This document shows positions 56,822 to 64,000 of a DNA stretch of 64,000 bases, in pieces. How positions within the stretch are numbered: position 1 is the first letter of the stretch; each line of letters opens with the position of its first letter. The DNA is from a virus. The notes beneath the pieces were generated by a model. It worked only from the letters and a program-made list of their open reading frames with translations, was not told where the DNA came from and ran no database searches. The DNA is taken from positions 1 to 64,000 of IMG/VR virus record IMGVR_UViG_3300022752_004330; one strand, 5' to 3'. Position numbers and translations under genes: made by a program.

Positions 56822-57319
56822 TTAAAATGACCAACCTGAATTATATGTATTCCTAGATGTGGTTGCAAAAAAGTCTACGACAGCATGTAATAAAAACCAA
56901 TCAGCATTATTATTACTTCCGGAAATATTCCAAGTTCTAGGATCTCTAGCAGTAACATCATTTGCTGTTGCCCAATTGTAACCATTAAAGGTTCTTGTTG
57001 TGGTAAAATCAAAAACCACTATGGTAGATCTTCCTGTAAAATCATTTAGGTCTAAAAATTTAGTTCCAGTATTTCCATCTACTAATTTTGGTGGTTCCTC
57101 ATTAACAGGACTACTTCCCCCCGGATTAGTTACCGTAACACCAGACATACTTTGATTAACACCATCAGCTGTGAATACAAACTCCGATGCTTGAGGAAAA
57201 CTATTAGAACCTTGATTTACTCCTCCTCGAATGTTATTAATTTCCCACTTATAATATCTAAAAGGCAACAAGGAAACAGTAACTCCTCCTCTTATAACCA
57301 CTCCTCCTTGAAGTTGCAT
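56822..57319 (-). CDS. Discoidin/F5/8-like beta-sandwich virion protein
   Basis: KLVDGNTGTKF, TAND...RDPRTWNISGSNN...W; start reassigned to 57319. Confidence 0.7.
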   Translation of the reverse strand: MQLQGGVVIRGGVTVSLLPFRYYKWEINNIRGGVNQGSNSFPQASEFVFTADGVNQSMSGVTVTNPGGSSPVNEEPPKLVDGNTGTKFLDLNDFTGRSTIVVFDFTTTRTFNGYNWATANDVTARDPRTWNISGSNNNADWFLLHAVVDFFATTSRNTYNSGWSF

Positions 57320-57332
57320 ATTATAACATCCG

Positions 57333-57965
57333 CTAAACTTTTCCACTGGCAAGAACTATTTGACATATATGTTCTAAGCGTTCTATATGTTCAAAAGCAC
57401 GCCATGGAGTGGTATCTATGCTGACTACACCGTGTCCCTTAATACCCACTATGTCATAGGCAATATTTCCAAACTGATCTAGTTCTAGAGCACGATGACA
57501 ATGATCTGCTAGTTCTTGGCTAATTGGAGCAACATCTCCTACATTAGGTGCTACTTTGGTATAACGGCTTAGTTCAGGAAAATCTTTTACTAGGTCTTGT
57601 AGCACGATACCACGGTGCATGGCTGCTATGGTATAGGTTGGATGTAGATGAACTACCACACGAATATCTTCTGAGTGCTGTCCCATCTCTCTTTGTAGTC
57701 CCCAATGTAAAGGTAATTCTCCACTTGGTTTGAGATTCCCGCTAATGTCATCCTGTTCTATGACTTCAGGATATTCTGTTGTGCCATTATTAGCAATACG
57801 GATTTTTTTAAACATATCGTATTGTAGTTTTTGCTTACGCACACCACTAGGTGTTATATAAAAATGATTACGATCGTGATAGCGTATACTTAGATTACCA
57901 TCTCTACTAGTAATCCAATTACGACGGTATGCTTCTGCTAAAACATCGCAGCAAGTTTCTAACAT
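57333..57965 (-). CDS. Class II aldolase/adducin family protein
   Basis: DGNLS.R, ITPSG, PSGELPLH, VVHLHP, GHGV. Confidence 0.9.
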   Translation of the reverse strand: MLETCCDVLAEAYRRNWITSRDGNLSIRYHDRNHFYITPSGVRKQKLQYDMFKKIRIANNGTTEYPEVIEQDDISGNLKPSGELPLHWGLQREMGQHSEDIRVVVHLHPTYTIAAMHRGIVLQDLVKDFPELSRYTKVAPNVGDVAPISQELADHCHRALELDQFGNIAYDIVGIKGHGVVSIDTTPWRAFEHIERLEHICQIVLASGKV

Positions 57966-57984
57966 AAATTATCCTTGATGTACT

Positions 57985-59109
57985 TTAATATAATCGCTCA
58001 ATGCTGATAAAATTCTTTGAATAACCAGGGCCGATCATCAAAGTTATTCTGTAAAAACGATTGTTTGTAACATCGTTTACTAGATATTGACTACCATCAC
58101 CAGCATTTGGAAAATTATATCCAAACCAGGATCCGCTGGGAGTTGTAGTATATGTAGCAGCACTGGTCGTTGCGTTGCCACCTACACCATTTACATAACC
58201 GAACGTGGCACTAATATGAGCTTGAAATGATCCCGAAACAGCGGCTACACTTAATCCCCTATTACCTGATGTAGTAACCGTGGCCTTAATATTGTCTAAT
58301 GTAACAAACTGTCCTGCATCTACATAGTTAGAGATTGATTTAAAATCTGATACTGTAGGTATTATATAAATGAATGTGCCTGGGGGTTCACCTTGAGTTA
58401 GTGTTCCCGTATGTGTCCAACTGCTGGCAGGATCTGTAGATACAGTATAATGTGATCCATTACTCCAGGTCCCAAAATATCCATATAGTGTATAACTGGT
58501 TAGAGAATTTTGTATAACTTTAAAAATAGATGGGGCAGAAACATTGCTACCTAAAGCAGTATTTCTACTGGCAGATCCGTCACCGTAAAATCCATTTTTA
58601 TTTGATTGACCATTTGAAGTTTTAAAATATAACTCTGTCACTTGATTTTGAGAGAATTCTGTGTTGTAGCCACAGTGAGCAACTATTCTCATATAAAGAG
58701 TAGTTCCCTCATTAACCGTAGTCCAAGTTCCTAAATTCACATAGGATGCACTGCCTCCTGTTTGTGGAATATTAAAACTTGTAGAACCTCCTGAATCTCC
58801 CTTTGGTCCAGTATCGCCTTTAGGTCCTTGAGCACCAGTATCGCCTTTAGGTCCTTGAGCACCAGTATCCCCCTTAGGTCCTTGAGCACCAGGTAGTCCA
58901 TCCTTGCCAGCAGGTCCCGGCTCACCTTTCTCTCCTCTAGGTCCCATGTCACCCTGTGGCCCAGGTGTTCCATCTTTTCCATTCTCTCCACGATCGCCTT
59001 TAGGGCCTACCTCTCCCTTTATAACTGTTGTGTTATTAGAATCTAAACCGGTAAGCTCGCCTAGAATTGCCTTTAATTGTTCTTTTCTATAATTTATTAA
59101 AGTACTCAT
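57985..59109 (-). CDS. Collagen-repeat tail fibre protein
   Basis: G-X-Y run including a 27-bp DNA repeat x3 (GAQGPKGDT); start 59109 is ATGA-coupled. Confidence 0.8.
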   Translation of the reverse strand: MSTLINYRKEQLKAILGELTGLDSNNTTVIKGEVGPKGDRGENGKDGTPGPQGDMGPRGEKGEPGPAGKDGLPGAQGPKGDTGAQGPKGDTGAQGPKGDTGPKGDSGGSTSFNIPQTGGSASYVNLGTWTTVNEGTTLYMRIVAHCGYNTEFSQNQVTELYFKTSNGQSNKNGFYGDGSASRNTALGSNVSAPSIFKVIQNSLTSYTLYGYFGTWSNGSHYTVSTDPASSWTHTGTLTQGEPPGTFIYIIPTVSDFKSISNYVDAGQFVTLDNIKATVTTSGNRGLSVAAVSGSFQAHISATFGYVNGVGGNATTSAATYTTTPSGSWFGYNFPNAGDGSQYLVNDVTNNRFYRITLMIGPGYSKNFISIERLY

Positions 59110-59483
59110 TCGTATAATCTCCACTCTTCACCATTATAAAACACACCAATGCTATCATTGTTTAAACTTACCGTAATGTAAGGAGTCCCTAATATTGTAT
59201 TACCGTTTCCATCTAAGATTAAATTATTGGTAGAAAAAGTTCCAAAGGCATCTAAGAAAAATATAGCATCTCCAATAGATGGAATTTCCGGTAAAGTAGC
59301 GGTTATTTTTTGACTTCTACTGTCTACTCCATACCTTTTTCCGGACATAGCATTAAAGTTGTCTGATTTAATGTCAAACCCAGGTTCTAAATGAGACTTA
59401 GAATTTAATCTCTGTAATACTTCATCATGAGTACCGGAGGTTGAATCTATAAACGGAGTAAAAACAAAAGTTGTTTGTGTCAT
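59106..59483 (-). CDS. Baseplate/fibre-type beta domain (T4 gp9/gp10-like)
   Basis: YGVDS....TATLP..PSIGD.I.F.D..GTF..NNL...NG..I.G...W. Confidence 0.6.
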   Translation of the reverse strand: MTQTTFVFTPFIDSTSGTHDEVLQRLNSKSHLEPGFDIKSDNFNAMSGKRYGVDSRSQKITATLPEIPSIGDAIFFLDAFGTFSTNNLILDGNGNTILGTPYITVSLNNDSIGVFYNGEEWRLYE

Positions 59484-59530
59484 AGAAATTTCCTAATATT
59501 AAATTATAATATTATTTAAACATTTTTATT

Positions 59531-59845
59531 TTATTTTTCAATCTTAACTCTAACCGAAAACTCGCTATTTTCACTGGCACTTAATACACACCCTTGATTA
59601 TTTTTGTATTCAATTATAGTCCATGCAGTAGTTTTTTCATTATAAAGTAAAACTACATTATTACCTTCGTCGTTATTCCTACCTCTCCAAATCGGAGTTT
59701 CTCCATATTTAGGGTCGCTGAGTTGTTTTAGTACCGAAGTAAAATCCGAAAAACAAACAACTGGTTTAGAAAAAAGATTTTGCCCGTATGTACTATCAGA
59801 CAAAAATATACACATGGTTATAGTTAGAATTTTTATTATTTTCAT
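59531..59845 (-). CDS. Secreted hypothetical protein (signal peptide; KPVVC...YGETP.W)
   Basis: N-terminal signal-like sequence. Confidence 0.65.
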   Translation of the reverse strand: MKIIKILTITMCIFLSDSTYGQNLFSKPVVCFSDFTSVLKQLSDPKYGETPIWRGRNNDEGNNVVLLYNEKTTAWTIIEYKNNQGCVLSASENSEFSVRVKIEK

Positions 59846-60627
59846 TATAAATTGTACCTACCTCTAAAGGCGTCATAGTTTTGAATTATTTCATTATCAG
59901 TTAATGCTCGATCATATAAAAGAAAAACGCCAAACCTACCAATAAATCTTCCAACTCCCCAATTTACAGCGGTGTTGGCTAATCCTATTTTTGCAGGTGC
60001 ATCAGTTGTACTACTGACATATGCACCAAAAGTGCTTACAGATGAAAATACGCCGTTAGTAAACATTGTAACTGTTGCACCGGACTGTCGCATGCCTATA
60101 AATTGCCAACGATTAGCTGTATCTTGTAAACCTGAACTATTTCCTGCTACAGAATTATTTGCCGCAAACATCGTATAGGGATTTCCCGTATATGCATTTC
60201 CTGGTGTCCCCCCATTGGCATTAATTATGCGCCAACCATTAAAATACCCTGTACCTGTTCCATGAATTATATAACTATCTCCGGAATTATTTCCACCAAC
60301 GCCGAAATTCGTTATGAAATAAGAACAACATAATGAAAAATTTCTACTACTTCCTAGTGAGTTATAATCTATTCCAGAACTCAATTGTATATATTGGTAC
60401 GATGAACCGTCTATTGTAAATGTTCTTTCCGCAGAATTATAGGTCGGAGAATTTACCAAGCTTGCAGTTCTATTATTACCACTGAGATCAAACCAACTTG
60501 TTCCAGACCCAGGATAACTGGTTGAATTGGCAGCATCTAAATACGTTATTAAATTAGAAACTACTGGAGACGGTGGTGCAAGGATATTTATAGGACCGAA
60601 AAAATTTACACCACCGGATATGTTCAT
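59845..60627 (-). CDS. LamG/ConA-like virion protein
   Basis: LDAANSTSYPGSGTSWFDLSGN, YDRALT..EI.QNY...RGRY. Confidence 0.8.
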   Translation of the reverse strand: MNISGGVNFFGPINILAPPSPVVSNLITYLDAANSTSYPGSGTSWFDLSGNNRTASLVNSPTYNSAERTFTIDGSSYQYIQLSSGIDYNSLGSSRNFSLCCSYFITNFGVGGNNSGDSYIIHGTGTGYFNGWRIINANGGTPGNAYTGNPYTMFAANNSVAGNSSGLQDTANRWQFIGMRQSGATVTMFTNGVFSSVSTFGAYVSSTTDAPAKIGLANTAVNWGVGRFIGRFGVFLLYDRALTDNEIIQNYDAFRGRYNL

Positions 60628-60656
60628 ATATTTTAAAATCAGTATAATAAATGTAT

Positions 60657-60890
60657 TTAATGTTTTGTGGTAAACCTCGAGATTAACATTTCTCTCATCA
60701 TTTCTAATTCGTCTTTTGATTTTACAATTATTTTAGAATCTAGATCTTCATCATCTTCCCAAAAATGTTTAGGAAAACGTAAGAAAAGGTAAATGTCTCT
60801 CCATGTAGTAGTTACACCTTGGTCAAAACACAACTCAATCACACGAAATATACTATAACTTATTATTTGGTGCAATTGGTTTTCGTTCAT
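60657..60890 (-). CDS. Hypothetical protein (77 aa)
   Basis: ORF track. Confidence 0.55.
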   Translation of the reverse strand: MNENQLHQIISYSIFRVIELCFDQGVTTTWRDIYLFLRFPKHFWEDDEDLDSKIIVKSKDELEMMREMLISRFTTKH

Positions 60891-61011
60891 TTTCTTTTTC
60901 TATCTTATCTACAGGATTTTGTGATTGCGACTGATTAATGGGAAATTTTTTGTCCCTAATAAAGCTAGGAGGAAGTGGTTCAGGTCTACGTTTAGATCTG
61001 AACCATGTCAT
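60853..61011 (-). CDS. Possible small protein (52 aa, MTWFRSKRRPEP...)
   Basis: Read manually; fills the gap, overlaps the next gene by 38 nt. Confidence 0.4.
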   Translation of the reverse strand: MTWFRSKRRPEPLPPSFIRDKKFPINQSQSQNPVDKIEKENERKPIAPNNKL

Positions 61012-61054
61012 ATTTAACTAACCTTTGAAAGTATATCATAGATTAATATACTTA

Positions 61055-62029
61055 TCATTTGTTTGCCAAAGGATTATCTAGAGCTTTTTTCAAATCCTCA
61101 TTAATCTTTTTATCTAGAGCCTTCATTCTTGCATCTATTTCTTTGTTATTAGCAGCTATGGCCTTGGTATTTTCAGCAGACATACGATTCATTTCTTTAG
61201 TTGCATTGTTCAGAGCAAGGTCGGCTTGTTTTTGAATATTCCTTACATCAGCCTTGACCTCTTGTACGGTCTTATCTATTTCTCTTTGCTGACTCTTATT
61301 ACTGCTTTCTACTCCTTCTACTACCTTATCCAATCTACGTATGTCATTCTTAAGATCGTTCTTTATATCTCTTGTATACTCTGCTGTTTTGTCCGATCCT
61401 TCTTGCACGGCTTTGAGAGTTTTATTCATGCTTTCTTCAGTCTTGGCCATGTTTTCTTCAATCACTGTGATTCGCTTGTCATAGGTTGAAAGATCGGGAG
61501 CTACATATTTGGCAATTTTCTCCTTCATATCTATATAGCCTTTGTAAACTTCGAAAGCACCATACATACCACCAATAGCAGAACTCAATGCAGCAGCGGC
61601 AATTCCTATTTTGGCCGGCGTAAATTCAATACCGGCCACGGTCCACACTCTGTTTTTATCAGTTAGTTTTTTAATTTCATCTACTTTTTTATCTAAATTT
61701 ATAGTAGCAGGCTTCTCACCGGTAGATGGTACGGCTGTTTGAGTTGTTGAGTTAGCAGGTTTGGTTGTTTGAACAGTTGAAGTTTTTTTAGGTAACGTTT
61801 TTTTACTTTTCGAAGCAGTTGCCTTTTTTCCTTTGACAGCCTTTTTTGTCTTTCCTTTATTAGCCAAGGCCGCAGCTCCAAGAGCACCTGCTGCTAGTAA
61901 GGCTGCATTTGAGCCTTCTTCAGTCTGTTCTTCTTCAGTCTGTTCTTCTTCAGTCTGTTCTTCTTCAGTCTGCTGCTCTTCGTTATTTTCTTCAGGTTTT
62001 TCTTCTGTTTCATCTTTGTCTTTAGACAT
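61055..62029 (-). CDS. Membrane-anchored coiled-coil protein with acidic/basic low-complexity N-terminus
   Basis: EEEQT repeats, central TM helix, long heptad region, ends DNPLANK; GGAG RBS. Confidence 0.75.
   Translation of the reverse strand: MSKDKDETEEKPEENNEEQQTEEEQTEEEQTEEEQTEEGSNAALLAAGALGAAALANKGKTKKAVKGKKATASKSKKTLPKKTSTVQTTKPANSTTQTAVPSTGEKPATINLDKKVDEIKKLTDKNRVWTVAGIEFTPAKIGIAAAALSSAIGGMYGAFEVYKGYIDMKEKIAKYVAPDLSTYDKRITVIEENMAKTEESMNKTLKAVQEGSDKTAEYTRDIKNDLKNDIRRLDKVVEGVESSNKSQQREIDKTVQEVKADVRNIQKQADLALNNATKEMNRMSAENTKAIAANNKEIDARMKALDKKINEDLKKALDNPLANK
61916..61980 (-). repeat. 15-bp coding tandem repeat (EEEQT x~4)
   Basis: TCTTCTTCAGTCTGT units. Confidence 0.8.
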
Positions 62030-62032
62030 TTT

Positions 62033-64000
62033 TTATCTCCTATACTGCTGTTCTATCATTTCTTGATGCCTTGCATCTTGAGCTAGATTACGTAATGCTC
62101 TAACATTATCTATTGTACGTTGGTTACGATATATTTCGCGTGGTGTATAAAATGCTGCATCTTTTAACACCAAAGAAGCATAAACATTAAAACCTTGAGG
62201 GGCTAGGGCAATGGTCTCTATACCGATACCACCGGCAAGTTCATTATTGGCTACATTTCTATTCACGCTAGATAATTCTGTTTTTGGCTGATTAGAATCA
62301 GTCATTAATATACGTCCTTCAACTATTGACGTTATTGGATTTGTTCTATTAGTAATGAAATTAGCAGGATTCACTATAGAATCTAATTCTGTAGTTTTTA
62401 TTTCAACTGGATTTACCACAGTGGACTGCGTAATAGTACTTGATTCAGGTATTATTACACTGGCAGGTGCGGGCGCTGAATCTGTCATTGGTATTGTTGG
62501 TCTAAACACATTGGTTACCTGCGGACGATTGTCAATTACCGCTAGGTCAACTTGTGGTACAGTCATTAACATTGGTTCTTGCTTAGGTGTCTGTACTATG
62601 TCATTACCCTGTGGTGATTGATAGGGCGTAATTATCGCTGCTACGGTTGTTGTTTGCGTGACAATATTTTGTTGTGGTTCAGGCGCTCTAACTTGAGAGA
62701 TCAATGACCCTGTATTTGTAGGTTCGTTAGGCATTACAATTTCTACTGGTGTTGAAGTTTGTCTTTGTGCTATTGATAACTGTGGTTGAAGTGCAGCAGA
62801 AATTGAGCTTAATGTTGTATTGGTAACAGGTCCTAAATTCATCTGCGCTGCCATGGTATTAACACTGTTGGTAGTCATTGGAACATTAGCAGCTTGAGCG
62901 GCGTCAGCAGCAGCATCTGAGGCCGCTGCACCTTGCTGTTGGTTAGCGTCTGCTACAGACACAGCCTCCGATCTTGCGGCATCGGCACGAGCAATAGCTT
63001 CATTTCTAGCATTTTCACTCGCTCTTTGTGCTATAGTTTGCTCTCTACGCTGATTTGCCTGTACAAGACTTAGGGCAAATTGTGTATTGGATCTAGTCGC
63101 AGATGGTTCATTACTGGCACTAGTGTTTACCGCAGTTGCTACATTAACAGAGGGTGTAGCACCGTTGGCATTTTCTATAGTAACAGTGATTGCACCGCCT
63201 GGGGCAGATGAGCTAGAGCTAGTAGTTGCTGGTGTTAGAGCAGCTATGCGTTCTTGTTGTGCCTTAACATCTGCTATGACTTGAGTCAAGGTTGATTGAA
63301 AATTACTACAATTAGGACTATATAAACCATTAGTGTAACAAGGATCAGGAGTCCAGATAGGCCTAGTCCAACCGACCCAACCAAAATGATTCCATACATC
63401 ACTGGCCCACCATTGAACAGATCCCATGTCTAAACTATTCTTACTTTCAGTGAACAAATGCCTAGAACTAAAACTACCAGCATTATTATTACCAGATACA
63501 TACCATTGATTTTGAAACATAGTAGTATTGTTCTTATCACTTATTCTAAAGTTTATATTACCGCCACCATCGGTACGCCAATCTGTACACCAAAACAAAA
63601 AGGTATTATAACAAGCACCGTAATTATACCAATTGAATCCGTAGTCGTAGCCGTGCAATACCACACCTCCGCCAATGTGTGGCAAGGATTGAGCTATGTT
63701 ATAACTATAATAAAATGTTGGACTTTTGGCTCCTTGTAGAACATTAGAAAATCCGGCACAACTGGAATTAAATGCAGGATTTAATATACAAGGATCTACA
63801 CTATATATGGCACGGATGTATGCGTCTTTTACTTGAGGTCCATAACAGTTTGGATTACATGCCCAAAATCCCTGGTCACTTCCAATGATTTCATAATTTA
63901 CAGCACCGGCCTGAGCTAAAGGTTTTGCCCCAGCAAAGGTAACTGTTTGTGATAAAGTTTGCCAGCTGGGGTTATAGGGACTATTACCATCGTTTATGTT
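62033..64000 (-). CDS. Large hypothetical protein, 5' end outside the window
   Basis: Frame of ORF 62033..63685 stays open to 64000 (NINDGNSPYNPSWQ...); two DPC..N...S..C..F motifs; low-complexity C-terminus. Confidence 0.75.
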   Translation of the reverse strand, partial: NINDGNSPYNPSWQTLSQTVTFAGAKPLAQAGAVNYEIIGSDQGFWACNPNCYGPQVKDAYIRAIYSVDPCILNPAFNSSCAGFSNVLQGAKSPTFYYSYNIAQSLPHIGGGVVLHGYDYGFNWYNYGACYNTFLFWCTDWRTDGGGNINFRISDKNNTTMFQNQWYVSGNNNAGSFSSRHLFTESKNSLDMGSVQWWASDVWNHFGWVGWTRPIWTPDPCYTNGLYSPNCSNFQSTLTQVIADVKAQQERIAALTPATTSSSSSAPGGAITVTIENANGATPSVNVATAVNTSASNEPSATRSNTQFALSLVQANQRREQTIAQRASENARNEAIARADAARSEAVSVADANQQQGAAASDAAADAAQAANVPMTTNSVNTMAAQMNLGPVTNTTLSSISAALQPQLSIAQRQTSTPVEIVMPNEPTNTGSLISQVRAPEPQQNIVTQTTTVAAIITPYQSPQGNDIVQTPKQEPMLMTVPQVDLAVIDNRPQVTNVFRPTIPMTDSAPAPASVIIPESSTITQSTVVNPVEIKTTELDSIVNPANFITNRTNPITSIVEGRILMTDSNQPKTELSSVNRNVANNELAGGIGIETIALAPQGFNVYASLVLKDAAFYTPREIYRNQRTIDNVRALRNLAQDARHQEMIEQQYRR

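Noticed and set aside
58803-58890. 27-bp repeats as a DGR or regulatory repeat
   Set aside because: They simply encode collagen GAQGPKGDT triplets. No reverse transcriptase or TR/VR pair with adenine-specific differences was seen.

Overview
This window looks like a 64-kb segment of a large ('jumbo'-type) tailed dsDNA bacteriophage using the standard genetic code. A proteobacterial host is inferred from sigma70 promoters and host-like IscU, IscA, ErpA, IF-1 and AlgH genes. Layout: (i) 1-5.95 kb, a minus-strand array of small early genes driven by 12 near-consensus sigma70 promoters, 11 of them inside a repeated promoter/inverted-repeat/RBS cassette. (ii) 5.97-6.83 kb, a non-coding strand-switch region with an 18-bp palindromic operator array, two phased DnaA-box-like 9-mers and 11-bp tandem repeats (candidate origin or terminus). 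(iii) 6.8-17.8 kb, AlgH, GT9-like glycosyltransferases, a beta-helix tail protein, Ig-like proteins and a PRTase/PQQ-propeller fusion. (iv) 17.8-31.8 kb, an AT-rich sugar and modification enzyme cluster: GTs, two radical SAM enzymes, a 2OG-Fe oxygenase, a cupin, NTP-transferases, a shikimate-DH fold protein, a KdsC-like HAD, a GatZ-like enzyme and a methyltransferase. (v) 31.9-37.5 kb, a SleB hydrolase, an Fe-S module, DNA ligase, IF-1 and HNH nucleases. (vi) 37.8-53.4 kb, very large virion/fibre proteins. (vii) 53.4-64 kb, a PHP-less DnaE, a small structured ncRNA candidate, a class II aldolase and further virion proteins. The most striking signal is in iscU, which is interrupted inside its conserved GAPAC-G-D motif by an 8-nt insert reading GGC-TGA-CG-GGC (matched codons around a stop). 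This lies about 120 nt from a free-standing HNH endonuclease gene placed directly upstream, and resembles a miniature version of the T4 gene 60 ribosomal bypass plus mobA cassette. All functional calls come from motif recognition by eye; no database searches were run.
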